Shown in pieces: positions 19,053-28,342 of a stretch of DNA of 64,000 nucleotides; the first letter of the stretch is position 1, and each line of letters opens with the position of its first letter. Under the pieces are notes generated by a model. The model was not told the DNA's origin. It did not search any database and saw only the letters and a program-made list of their open reading frames with translations. Position numbers and translations under genes: made by a program. This DNA is from Candidatus Hecatella orcuttiae. GTDB lineage: Archaea; Thermoproteota; Bathyarchaeia; Hecatellales; Hecatellaceae. The stretch spans positions 448,001 through 512,000 of the forward strand of contig MTLY02000001.1 in assembly GCA_002011035.2 (NCBI GenBank), read 5' to 3'.

Positions 19053-20120
19053 ATGAAACCCTACGACAGGGTTATGGCTGTCCTCCAAGGAAGAAGCGGG
19101 GAAGCAGATAGAATTCCCTGCGTAAACTTCACCTCCACAGCCACCCTCCAGTTCATGGAAGCCACAGGCGCATGGTGGCCTGAAGCCCACCGGGAGCCTG
19201 AAAAAATGGCTAAGCTGGGCTCCGCAGCCCACCGCCTCTGCGGCTTAGACAACGTCACCGTCCCCTTCGACATGGTTGTGGAAGCCGAACTGCTGGGTGC
19301 TCCTCCAGAGTTTTTCGAAGCTGAGAAGGCGGAAGGCGAAGTGAGGCAGCCCAGTGTCAAAGCTTTCGTGGTTAAGGAGCCTTCAGACCTGAAGATTCCC
19401 AGCGACGTCGCTTCGGCTGGGAGGCTGCCCGTGGTAGTTAAGGCTGTGAAAATTTTGAAGGAGGAGTTTGGAGGGAAAACCCCCGTCAACGTCTTCATGG
19501 TTCCCCCCTTCACATGCCTCTGCAACTACTTGGTGGACACTCTCACCTTTCTCAAAACCATGGTTAAGGAGCCTGAGAAGATCCGTAGCTTCCTAGACGC
19601 CAGCCTAGACCTTTTCATCCAGGAAGCCCGCGTCTACGAGGAGGCCGGCGCGGATGTCATCACCCTCCACGAGATGGGCGCCTGCTGCGGGGTCATAGCG
19701 CCCAGCCACTTCAAGGACTTTGTCGCCCCCTACCTGAAAAAACTGGTCAAAAGCGTGAAATGCCCCACTGTGCTCAACATCTGCGGCCCCACGGAGAAGA
19801 TTCTCCCCATGATGGTGGAATGCGGAGCCAACGCTGTGGCCATCGATGAAACAACCCCCATCAAGGAGGCGAGGAGAATCGTCGACGCAGCGAAACCCGG
19901 CTATCCCATCGCCGGCAACATCTCCCCAAAAAAAATCCTGAGGGACGGAACCCCGGAAGTCATCGCTGGGGCGGTGAAGACGGTTATTGAGGAGGGAGTC
20001 AGCATCGTTTCCCCAGGCTGCGATTTCTTCTTGGACACGCCCATCGGAAACATCAAAACCTTCGTGGAGACTGTGGTGAAATTCGGCTCAGGAGGCGGAG
20101 GTCTCACCATAAATCCCTGA
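19053..20120 (+). CDS. MtaA/CmuA-family (URO-D-like) corrinoid methyltransferase
   Basis: WPEAH.EPEKMAKL, VPFDMVVEAELLG, GRLPVV, LNICG, IAGNI, SPGC. Confidence 0.85.
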   Translation: MKPYDRVMAVLQGRSGEADRIPCVNFTSTATLQFMEATGAWWPEAHREPEKMAKLGSAAHRLCGLDNVTVPFDMVVEAELLGAPPEFFEAEKAEGEVRQPSVKAFVVKEPSDLKIPSDVASAGRLPVVVKAVKILKEEFGGKTPVNVFMVPPFTCLCNYLVDTLTFLKTMVKEPEKIRSFLDASLDLFIQEARVYEEAGADVITLHEMGACCGVIAPSHFKDFVAPYLKKLVKSVKCPTVLNICGPTEKILPMMVECGANAVAIDETTPIKEARRIVDAAKPGYPIAGNISPKKILRDGTPEVIAGAVKTVIEEGVSIVSPGCDFFLDTPIGNIKTFVETVVKFGSGGGGLTINP

Positions 20121-20180
20121 AAGCCCCTTTTAGGGTATGTTTTTTAAACGTCGGAGACCTACTAATGGTGGGTCGCTGTC

Positions 20181-20384
20181 ATGTATGAGAAGCACCGCCA
20201 CTGTGTTGTTTGCGACATATCCATAAGCCCTGAGAAGAATCCGCCTGTCTGCAGCAAGAAATGTCTTCTTGAATACAATAAAAGAATGAAGAAGCAGCAG
20301 TGGGTTCGACTGCTCATGTTCATCCCCCTCATAGCCATCATGGCCATGCTTCTCCTAGGCCAACTGTTAGGCGGCTCTCCCTAG
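20181..20384 (+). CDS. DUF2116-family Zn-ribbon membrane protein
   Basis: HRHCVVC...VCSKKC followed by a C-terminal hydrophobic helix. Confidence 0.8.
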   Translation: MYEKHRHCVVCDISISPEKNPPVCSKKCLLEYNKRMKKQQWVRLLMFIPLIAIMAMLLLGQLLGGSP

Positions 20385-20433
20385 AAGCTCTAAACCAAAG
20401 CCTCTGCAGCCGTTTCCTAAGAGCCGGAAGAGG

Positions 20434-20844
20434 CTAAGCTTCAAGCTGTTGTTTCACGTATTCAGCGTAGTCCTCCGCTTTCATGAGACTTTCCAGCTCT
20501 TTCAAGTCCTTAGGCTTCAGCCGGGCAATCCAGCCCTTGCCGTAGGGGTCTCGGTTGATGAGCTCCGGAGAGTCCTTCAAGGCTTCGTTGACTTCCACAA
20601 CCCGGCCTGAGAGGGGACTGTAGACCTCCGCCACCGCCTTCACCGACTCTAGGCTGCCCAGGGAATCCTTCTGCTTGACCTCCGCATCCTTCTCCGGCAG
20701 CTGGACGAAGACAACTTCGTGGAGCATTCTCTGAGCGTAGTCAGCAACGCCCACCCTTACCAAGCCGTCTTCCTCCAGCGAAGCCCACCCATGCTCCGCG
20801 GTGTAGTAGAGGTTTTCCCGCACTTCCACACTGTCAACCTTCAC
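20434..20844 (-). CDS. gcvH: Glycine cleavage H / lipoyl carrier protein
   Basis: YYTAEHGW, VGVADYAQ, ESVKAVAEVYSPLSG (lipoyl Lys), INRDPYGKGW; GTG 20844 behind GGAGGGG preferred over track start 20892. Confidence 0.93.
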   Translation of the reverse strand: MKVDSVEVRENLYYTAEHGWASLEEDGLVRVGVADYAQRMLHEVVFVQLPEKDAEVKQKDSLGSLESVKAVAEVYSPLSGRVVEVNEALKDSPELINRDPYGKGWIARLKPKDLKELESLMKAEDYAEYVKQQLEA

Positions 20845-20964
20845 AGCTTTCCCCTCCCATACCCAAGGAGCTGCCGAGAGGATAAGAAACACTTTAGGGG
20901 AGGTCCTTTATAAATTCCCTTTCCAAAGCTAATTCATAAACCCCCAGCCAAGGCGGAGCGGAAG

Positions 20965-21984
20965 ATGGAGGGCGCCCCCGGGTTTATCAGGGTTTCCCGA
21001 GGCTCCGAGTTTACCCTAGGCCTGAAAAGGGGCTTCGCAAGCGTGAAGCCCACCGTGGCTTATCTTCTAACCCACCATCCCCAAGGATGCTTCGCCAACT
21101 GTGCCTTCTGCACCCAAGCGAGGAGCAGCGTCTCCCACGCTGACATGCTTTCCCGGGTAATCTGGCCTCTCCACCCCCTTCAAGCAGTGGTCCGAGGTCT
21201 GAGGCGGGCTGAGGCTGAAGGGGCTGTTAAGAGAATCTGCATTCAAACCTTGAACTATCCCGGCATGTTCGCCGATGTCCTAAGCCTCCTGAGTGTTTTC
21301 AGAAAAGCCGTGGAGATGCCTGTTTCCCTCTCCTGCCAACCCTTGGAAGAGGAAGAAATTAGGCTTCTGAAGGAAGCCGGCTTAGACAGGCTTGTCTTCC
21401 CCTTGGACGCTGCCACCGAAGAGGTCTTCGAGAGGGTGAAGGGCAAGGGGGTGGGAAACCCCTTCACCCGAAGCGGGTGTCTCACCGCGTTGGAGAAGGC
21501 TGTGGAAATCTTCGGGCGAGGCAAGGTTGGAAGTTACTTGATGGTGGGGTTGGGGGAAACGGAGCGGGAGGCTGTGGCCGCTGTTCAGGAGCTGAAAGAC
21601 CTAGAAGTCTTCACCAGCCTCTTCGCCTTCACACCCATCCCCGGAACGGGGCTGGAGAACCAGCCTAAACCGTCTTTGGTAAGCTACAGGAAGATTCAGC
21701 TGGCCCACTTCCTCATCGAACGAGAACTGGCTAGGTTCGAAGACATGACCTTCACGGAAAAAAACAACCTAGCCGGCTTCGGCCTAAGCTACGACACGCT
21801 GAAGGACATCGTAGCCTCTGGGTTGCCCTTCCAAACTCGAGGCTGCGCAGGGTGCAACCGGCCCTACTACAACGAGGACCCTAAAGGGCCCTTCTACAAT
21901 TATCCCCGCTCCTTAACGGCGGCGGAAGTTTCCGAAATTGCAGCGGCTTTGAAGCCCTACCTGAATGGGGAACTTAGAGGGTGA
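20965..21984 (+). CDS. lipS2: Radical SAM lipoyl synthase subunit LipS2
   Basis: CFANCAFC; C-terminal TRGCAGCNRP matches the LipS2 TxGCxxC(N/D)RP motif; next to lplA and gcvH. Confidence 0.8.
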   Translation: MEGAPGFIRVSRGSEFTLGLKRGFASVKPTVAYLLTHHPQGCFANCAFCTQARSSVSHADMLSRVIWPLHPLQAVVRGLRRAEAEGAVKRICIQTLNYPGMFADVLSLLSVFRKAVEMPVSLSCQPLEEEEIRLLKEAGLDRLVFPLDAATEEVFERVKGKGVGNPFTRSGCLTALEKAVEIFGRGKVGSYLMVGLGETEREAVAAVQELKDLEVFTSLFAFTPIPGTGLENQPKPSLVSYRKIQLAHFLIERELARFEDMTFTEKNNLAGFGLSYDTLKDIVASGLPFQTRGCAGCNRPYYNEDPKGPFYNYPRSLTAAEVSEIAAALKPYLNGELRG

Positions 21985-22044
21985 AAAACTATTTATCTCC
22001 GTTTTTTCCTCTTTGAGGGGAGCATTTTCCCAGAGCTGTAAAGG

Positions 22045-22824
22045 GTGTTCGACATGGGAGTTGAGGAATGGCGGTACCTAGACCATGGGGCCTCCGACGC
22101 CTGCACCAACATGGCTGTGGATGAGGCTGTTTTGCAGGGAAGCATCCGAGGGGTTTCCCCGCCTACCCTCCGCCTCTACACATGGAAGCCTTCCGCTGTC
22201 TCCATAGGTTTCTTCCAGAGCGTGGAGCAGGAAGTAGACTTGGAGGCATGCCGGGAGCTGGGCGTCGACGTCATCAGGCGGATAACAGGAGGCGGGGCGG
22301 TTTACCATGATAGGCAAGGGGAGCTAACCTACAGCATCGTGGTGCCTGAATCTTGGGGGAAAACTCCGAAGGACTTTCTCGAGTCCTACCGGTTTCTTTG
22401 CAGGGGACTGGTCTTAGGATTGAGGCAGATGGGTGTAGAGGCGGAGTTCACCCCCATCAACGACATCACCGTCCGGGGGAGGAAGATTTCAGGGAACGCC
22501 CAGACGAGGAGAAGCGGCTCCATCCTCCAGCATGGAACTCTCCTGCTCCAGACGGACATCCCCACCATCTTCCGGGTGTTGAAGGTGTCCAAAGAAAAGC
22601 TCAGCGACAAAGCCGTCCGAGCCTTCGAGGGAAGAGTGACCACTCTCCTCAAGGAAACGGGGAGAAAGCCTGAGCTGGAGAGGGTGAAGGAAACCTTGAA
22701 AAAAGGCTTCGAGGAAGCCTTGGAGGTGAGGCTTACCCCCGGCCGGCTCACTGAAGGGGAAAGAGCGGAGGCGGAGAAGCTGAAGCGAAAATACTCCTCC
22801 AGAGAGTGGACCTTCAGGAGGTGA
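22045..22824 (+). CDS. lplA: Lipoate-protein ligase catalytic subunit
   Basis: NMAVDEA, RRITGGGAVYHD, NDI..RGRKISGNAQ, LQHGTLL. Confidence 0.93.
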   Translation: MFDMGVEEWRYLDHGASDACTNMAVDEAVLQGSIRGVSPPTLRLYTWKPSAVSIGFFQSVEQEVDLEACRELGVDVIRRITGGGAVYHDRQGELTYSIVVPESWGKTPKDFLESYRFLCRGLVLGLRQMGVEAEFTPINDITVRGRKISGNAQTRRSGSILQHGTLLLQTDIPTIFRVLKVSKEKLSDKAVRAFEGRVTTLLKETGRKPELERVKETLKKGFEEALEVRLTPGRLTEGERAEAEKLKRKYSSREWTFRR

Positions 22825-22830
22825 AGCCTC

Positions 22831-23124
22831 ATGTCTGTCTGCGAAGCGGAATACAAGGTGGCGGGAGGGAAGATGATCCGCATCCGCCTGAACGTGAAAG
22901 AAGGAGCTCTTTCCTCCATCCGGATTACCGGGGACTTTTTCATGCACCCGGAGGAAGCCTTGGAAAAGCTGGAATCCTCCCTCCGAGGCGTCAAGGTGGA
23001 AGAGGCCGAGGGGCTGGAGAGGCATATCGACGCCTTCCTCAGCGAAAACCATGTTACTGTCCTCGGAGCCGCCTCCAGAGACTTCGCCGCCGCCATCCTG
23101 AAAGCCTTAAGGACGCCGGCTTAG
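22831..23124 (+). CDS. lplB: Lipoate-protein ligase accessory subunit
   Basis: YKVAGGKMIR...ITGDFFMHPEE; directly after lplA. Confidence 0.85.
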   Translation: MSVCEAEYKVAGGKMIRIRLNVKEGALSSIRITGDFFMHPEEALEKLESSLRGVKVEEAEGLERHIDAFLSENHVTVLGAASRDFAAAILKALRTPA

Positions 23125-23153
23125 CAGGAAACGGTAACCCAGCTGGCTTAGGA

Positions 23154-24194
23154 TTAATGCTGAATTTGCTGACGGATCGGAGTCTGGCTCAAGTCGCTGA
23201 AAACCTGAGAGCAGCAAAAGGGCGAAAAGCTCACGTCTAAGCCCATCTTTTCCGCCAGGCGAACTGCCTCCTCCGAGGGGAAGGCGATGGCATTCACACC
23301 AGCCTCTACGGCCAGCCTGTCGGTTTCCGCCCTATGCCTCCTCAGAGGCCTTACGCACCCCAAGACCAAGGGGGTTGCCGGCATCAGTTTTCTTGCATGG
23401 ATAATTACCTGAACTACTTCCCGTGGGCTGGGCGGGGTCACCGACTCCATGACTGTTCCTTTCAAAGGGTTCAGGACGATGATTATGAGGGCTTGGGGGT
23501 TGTAGCGGGAGATAAGCTTCAAAGCCTTGAACTCCCCCCTTAGTCTTCCGTGGTGAAGACCCACGAGGACGTGAGGCACTAGGGGAACCTGCGCCTCATG
23601 AAGCAGTTGAAGGGTCCTCCGGTAGTCTTCTACCCCCAGCTCAGCATGGTAAACCTGTTTCACCGTCTCCTCACAGCCGATAACATCTACGAGGACAGCG
23701 TCCACCTCGGCCTCCTTCAGCCCCCAAGCCAGTTCTTCGTCCTTGACCACGCCTGTGTGAACCGCCACGTGGAAGCCCAGCTCCCTCTTCACCCACCTGA
23801 TGGCTGGGAGGAACCGGCGGAGGGGAACTTCCCCCGTAGGCTGGCAGCCGCCGCTGATGAGGCATCCCACAGCGCCTTTCTCTTTCAGGCTTCTGCAGAG
23901 TTCGGCCAGCTTTTGAGGGGAAGTGGCGGAAAGCATGTTCTCCAGCACTTTTCCGCCGCAGTGGTCGCATCGGAGAGAGCAGAAGCTTCCTGTGATGGAG
24001 ATGGAAGGGTAACTCCCCCGGAGAGCGGAGGCCAGCCGGCTTCGGTGAGGGGAGAAGGAGGGAACATAGAAATGTATCTGCTTCCCGAAGCTTCTCCAGC
24101 TGACTTCTCTCGCCCATCTTAGATCTTTTCTCAGAGACCCTTCCTTCAGGAGTGGGGGAGCGAGTCCTCCTTCTCCTCTGTCGCTTTGTTTCAC
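23154..24194 (-). CDS. lipS1: Radical SAM lipoyl synthase subunit LipS1
   Basis: SITGSFCSLRCDHC, GCLISGG, LGCVRP and terminal CC motif. Confidence 0.8.
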   Translation of the reverse strand: MKQSDRGEGGLAPPLLKEGSLRKDLRWAREVSWRSFGKQIHFYVPSFSPHRSRLASALRGSYPSISITGSFCSLRCDHCGGKVLENMLSATSPQKLAELCRSLKEKGAVGCLISGGCQPTGEVPLRRFLPAIRWVKRELGFHVAVHTGVVKDEELAWGLKEAEVDAVLVDVIGCEETVKQVYHAELGVEDYRRTLQLLHEAQVPLVPHVLVGLHHGRLRGEFKALKLISRYNPQALIIIVLNPLKGTVMESVTPPSPREVVQVIIHARKLMPATPLVLGCVRPLRRHRAETDRLAVEAGVNAIAFPSEEAVRLAEKMGLDVSFSPFCCSQVFSDLSQTPIRQQIQH

Positions 24195-25285
24195 GGCGGA
24201 TCCCTTTGTGGGTAGAGGCGTTGTTCCACGTCCTTCTTCAATGCGGTGATGGACTCCACGGGAGTGGGGTCCACCTGGTTTAGGACGGCGAGGTAGAGGC
24301 TGAGATAGTCGCCTAGGTAGATGAGGGACAGCATCTTCGCCATCCTCGAAGAGCCCTCTCCGTAGAGCTCATGGACGCGGGGAATCTTGCGGGTAAAAAG
24401 GCTTTTGGCCGCTTCGATTCTAGCCCTCATGTCCGGCGGCTCCTCCCTGTCCCGGAGGAGAAGGACGGAAAGCATCGAAGCCAGCTGAGGGCTAAGCCTC
24501 TCCCAGCCTTGAACCTCGTTGTGGTTGGCCTCCGGGAAAAGCTCGAACCTGCTGAGCATCTTGCTGTTCTCGTTGAGCTGAGTTTTCACCCGGTAGGCGA
24601 CGCTGGCGTATTCCCTGAAACCGTAGACCGTGGGCAAAGTGCCCTTAAGCTCAACAGCCAAGGCTTTGGCGGGATTCTTCTCCGTGGGCGTGGAAACCTT
24701 CAAGCTGCCGGCCATGGCCTCCATCACCTTCACAGCCTCCGCCACTTCAGCCTTCACGCCATCCAACAGCCGCAGCCGCTCCAAGACCACGGCTGGCGGA
24801 ACCATCAGGTAGGGTAAAGCCTGCCGGGGCTGAAGGCCCTTGGGAACCTTCACATGAGGCAGCCCTGACTCCCGGCACTGCTCGCGGAGGAAGCCTCCGG
24901 AGCTGAGGGCGAGGGTGGGGCAGCCTCTCTTCACCGCCTCCGAGAAGGAAGTTAAGGTTTCCAAGGTGTTGCCTGAGTAGCTGATGGCAACTATCAGAGT
25001 CTTCTCATCCGCGTACCGGGGTAGGGTGGAGTCCCTCCAAACCTCCACCGGCACAGGCAGCCTGTCGTAAGCCCAGTCTTTGATGAGGCTGCCTCCGATG
25101 GAGGAGCCGCCCATGCCTAGGAAGAGGATCTTTTCAAAGCCGTCGGCCTTCTCCAGACTTCCCAGTTCCGCCTGTTCCCCGATTTCCAAGGCCTGCTTGT
25201 AGTGGGCGGGGTTCTCCTCCAGAAACCTGGACATGCCCCCTCTGTCCACGGAGGCCACGGCTTCAGGGTCGTCTAGCTCTTCCAA
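24191..25285 (-). CDS. Bifunctional phosphoglucose/phosphomannose isomerase
   Basis: GMGGSSIGG, SYSGNTLET, QPRQAL, QLNENSK, PEANHNE, VDPTPV. Confidence 0.93.
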   Translation of the reverse strand: MEELDDPEAVASVDRGGMSRFLEENPAHYKQALEIGEQAELGSLEKADGFEKILFLGMGGSSIGGSLIKDWAYDRLPVPVEVWRDSTLPRYADEKTLIVAISYSGNTLETLTSFSEAVKRGCPTLALSSGGFLREQCRESGLPHVKVPKGLQPRQALPYLMVPPAVVLERLRLLDGVKAEVAEAVKVMEAMAGSLKVSTPTEKNPAKALAVELKGTLPTVYGFREYASVAYRVKTQLNENSKMLSRFELFPEANHNEVQGWERLSPQLASMLSVLLLRDREEPPDMRARIEAAKSLFTRKIPRVHELYGEGSSRMAKMLSLIYLGDYLSLYLAVLNQVDPTPVESITALKKDVEQRLYPQRDPP

Positions 25286-25337
25286 AAATTTTCACCCGAC
25301 ACTTAAACCAAGAGGGCGTAAGGAGAAATAAAGGTTA

Positions 25338-26246
25338 ATGTTGAGCGGCTGGGAGATTTTTTCGGAGTCAAGGTCCATGGAGTCGAGTGCACCGAGGCGT
25401 AAGCCGCCTTTAACAGTGGCCATTCCCGCCTCCGTTGTGGCTGACACACCGCATCTGAGGGAGAAAACCTCCAAACTAGGCCTCATCGGCAGAGCCCTCG
25501 CCATCTTCCGAGTGGACTACGTGGTCATATACCAAGATGAGGGGGGAAGGCGAGAAGGCGAGCTGAGGTTCGTCGAAAGAGTCTTAGCCTACATGGCTAC
25601 ACCCCAGTATCTCCGACGGGCGCTTTTCCAGTTGAGCCCTGAACTTCGCTACGCGGGAATCCTACCTCCCCTCCGAACGCCTCACCACCCCGTCAAAAAA
25701 TCGGTGCGGGATCTGAGGGTGGGAGAAGTCAGGCAGGGCTTGGTGGTGAAGAGGGGGAAAACTCTGCCCCAGGTGGACATAGGCGTGGAGAAACCTGCGC
25801 TGTTGGAGGGTGTCCTCCCCTCCGAGAGGCTTCTCAACGTTCAGGTTACCCGTTTGGAAGGGGGCGATGTCTACGTTAAGCCTGTGGCTTTGGAGGAGAT
25901 TCCCTCCTACTGGGGTTTCCAGGTGGAGTGCGTCAACCGCCCCTTAGACGAGGTGGTGAAGCGGGGAAACTACGGCTTAACCGTGGCTACCTCCAAGTTC
26001 GGAACTCCCTTGGAAAGGGTGGCGGAAAGCCTAGTGGAGGAGTGGCGGAGGGCTGGAAAGGTCTTGGTGGCCTTCGGCTCCCCTACGGAGGGTTTGAGGG
26101 AAATCTTAGCTCGGAGGAGGCTTAGGGTGGAAGACCTGTTCGACTACACCGTGAATACTGTGGGTAAGCAGGGTACAGAAACCGTGAGGGTGGAGGAAGC
26201 CCTCACCGCCAGCTTGGCTGTCTTCAATTTTTTGTTGGAGAGGTAG
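25338..26246 (+). CDS. SPOUT-family RNA methyltransferase (DUF171)
   Basis: GRALAIFRVD, TPQYLR, GILPPLRTPHH, FGSPTEGL, QGTETVRVEEA; start may be 25377. Confidence 0.88.
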   Translation: MLSGWEIFSESRSMESSAPRRKPPLTVAIPASVVADTPHLREKTSKLGLIGRALAIFRVDYVVIYQDEGGRREGELRFVERVLAYMATPQYLRRALFQLSPELRYAGILPPLRTPHHPVKKSVRDLRVGEVRQGLVVKRGKTLPQVDIGVEKPALLEGVLPSERLLNVQVTRLEGGDVYVKPVALEEIPSYWGFQVECVNRPLDEVVKRGNYGLTVATSKFGTPLERVAESLVEEWRRAGKVLVAFGSPTEGLREILARRRLRVEDLFDYTVNTVGKQGTETVRVEEALTASLAVFNFLLER

Positions 26247-26347
26247 AAGGCGGGTTCAAATATTATTATTTTAATTTTTATATCGGAAATGTATAAAGGT
26301 ATAAATCACTCTCCGTATATCTCCAATAATTTTCTGGAGGGCGCTTA

Positions 26348-27199
26348 TTGTCTGAAAGGTTTCCGCTTCTCAAGAAAGTCAGTGAAGTTATGACCAAAAA
26401 TGTCCTAACCGTCAAACCAGCTCAGAATCTGGGTGAAGCGGCTAAGGTCATGGAAGAAAAAAATGTCGGTAGCTTAGTCGTTATGGATAGGAAAAGAATA
26501 GTCGGCATCATCACTGAAAGGGATCTTCTCAAGTTTATGGCCAAGCAGTACGACCCGCGTGCTGTTGTAAAACTGAGGAAGCCTTGGTCTTCCATAACCG
26601 TAAAAGAGGCAATGAGTAAACCGGTGGTCATGTGTACTCCGGACACAACGGTTGAGGCTGCGTTGAGGCTCATGAACGAAAGGCAAATCCGCCACCTCCC
26701 CGTGGTCAAGGACGGATCACTGCTGGGGATCATTAGCTGCCGCGGCTTGGATTGGATTAGTGTCGCCGAAATAACCTCCCTCTTCCATCGGCTTTTCGTC
26801 AGCTACTGCAAGACCTTAGGCCAAATACTGAAATCTGGAGCCGCTTCCTTTACACCCAACTTTATCGAGGAACTGGTAGAACTTTTTGGGCGGAAGGGTT
26901 TCAAGCCTGTAGAAGAAGGGTTGACTGGGGCTCTTGTGGTGGCAGAGGATACTTTGAAAAGTTCGCAACTGGTCAAAGAAGTCCGTTTCCATGAGGTGAA
27001 GGCGGAGAAATACAGGCTTGAGATCCGAAACTGTATGTTCGCAGCCGAAACTCATCCTTCGCCCCAAGAGGCTGAATTCACATGCCCCCTCGCAATAGTT
27101 GCAACAGCTATCCTACGCAGAGTCACCGGTCGTGATGTGACGGTAAGCTTCTCCATCCTCAGCGAAACTGGATCCGCTACTTATCTGACCGTGAAATAA
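26348..27199 (+). CDS. Tandem CBS domain protein with C-terminal V4R-like Cys domain
   Basis: VGIITERDL, IRHLPVV..GSLLGIIS; C-terminal RNCMFA...TCPLA. Confidence 0.8.
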   Translation: MSERFPLLKKVSEVMTKNVLTVKPAQNLGEAAKVMEEKNVGSLVVMDRKRIVGIITERDLLKFMAKQYDPRAVVKLRKPWSSITVKEAMSKPVVMCTPDTTVEAALRLMNERQIRHLPVVKDGSLLGIISCRGLDWISVAEITSLFHRLFVSYCKTLGQILKSGAASFTPNFIEELVELFGRKGFKPVEEGLTGALVVAEDTLKSSQLVKEVRFHEVKAEKYRLEIRNCMFAAETHPSPQEAEFTCPLAIVATAILRRVTGRDVTVSFSILSETGSATYLTVK

Positions 27200-27341
27200 A
27201 GTGCTGGACGCCTGATAAGCTTGCGGTGAACAGTAAGGGTTAAAAAAAGCTTTCCGCAGATTCTGGGTTTTTAGGAAAATCTTAAATAATCTTCGCTCTT
27301 TTGTGATGTGGTTTCCCCTTTTTAGGGTGAAGGGGTAAAGG

Positions 27342-28325
27342 ATGGGTCGGAGAAAGAAACACGCTCCCAGAAGAGGCTCCCTAGCTTTCAGGCCTAGGGC
27401 TAGAGCTGAAACTCTGGTTCCTAGAATCCGCTATTGGCCGGAGGTTCCGGAGACCAAACTCTTAGGCTTCGCAGGCTACAAAGCGGGAATGACCTACGGC
27501 TTTGTAATAGAAAACGAGCCCGGTTCAAGGGACTACGGAAAAGAAGTCTTCTGCCCCCTAACCGTCGTGGAGACGCCTCCCCTCCGGATCTGTGCCCTCA
27601 GGACCTACGAAGCCACCGTAGACGACCTGAGGACGCTGGGAGAGGTTTGGGCTGAAAAGCTTCCCAAAGAACTTGGGAGGCTGGTGAAGCCGCCTAACAA
27701 GCCGTCCCCCAAGGAGAAGTTGGCGGACTTGGAGAAAAACCTTCACAGAGCCTGCGACGTCAGAGTTTTAGCCTGCACCAACCCCCGGGAGGCTGGGATC
27801 GGTAAGAAAAAGCCTGAGCTCATGGAAATCGCCCTAGGGGGAAAGTCTGTGGAGGAAAAGTTTCAGTTTGCCAAAAATCTTCTGGGAAAAACCGTCCCCG
27901 TCACCGAAGTCTTCCAGGAAGGCCAGCTGGTGGACGCGGTAGCCGTGACCAAGGGTAAAGGCTTCGCCGGGCCTGTGAAACGTTTCGGAATACGAATCCT
28001 CCAAAAGAAATCCAGGAAGACAGTGAGAGGGGTGGGCACCATCGGCCCGTGGCACCCAGCTCTAGTCATGTCCTCCGTCCCCAGAGCCGGCCAGCTAGGT
28101 TTCGCGCGGAGAACAGAGCTGAACAAGAAAATCGTGAAGATAGGGGTGAACGGCTCTGAAATCACCCCCAAAGGCGGCTTTCTCAGGTATGGAAGGGTGA
28201 AAGGCCCCTACATTCTTTTGAAGGGAAGCATCCCCGGACCTCCCAAGCGCCTCATCAGGCTTAGGCACGCGGTAAGGGCTCCTGAGAAAATTTTGAAGCC
28301 TGAAATCACCTACCTGCATGTCTAA
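27342..28325 (+). CDS. rpl3: 50S ribosomal protein uL3
   Basis: PRRGSLAFRPRARA, FAGYKAGMT, VTKGKGFAGPVKRFG, GTIGPWHP. Confidence 0.97.
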   Translation: MGRRKKHAPRRGSLAFRPRARAETLVPRIRYWPEVPETKLLGFAGYKAGMTYGFVIENEPGSRDYGKEVFCPLTVVETPPLRICALRTYEATVDDLRTLGEVWAEKLPKELGRLVKPPNKPSPKEKLADLEKNLHRACDVRVLACTNPREAGIGKKKPELMEIALGGKSVEEKFQFAKNLLGKTVPVTEVFQEGQLVDAVAVTKGKGFAGPVKRFGIRILQKKSRKTVRGVGTIGPWHPALVMSSVPRAGQLGFARRTELNKKIVKIGVNGSEITPKGGFLRYGRVKGPYILLKGSIPGPPKRLIRLRHAVRAPEKILKPEITYLHV

Positions 28326-28342
28326 AGAGGCGAGGCTGGCTT

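Noticed and set aside
6214-20120. Methanogenesis inferred from mtrH, marker 14 and an MtaA-like gene
   Set aside because: No mcr or mtrA-G in the window; cannot be concluded from these genes alone
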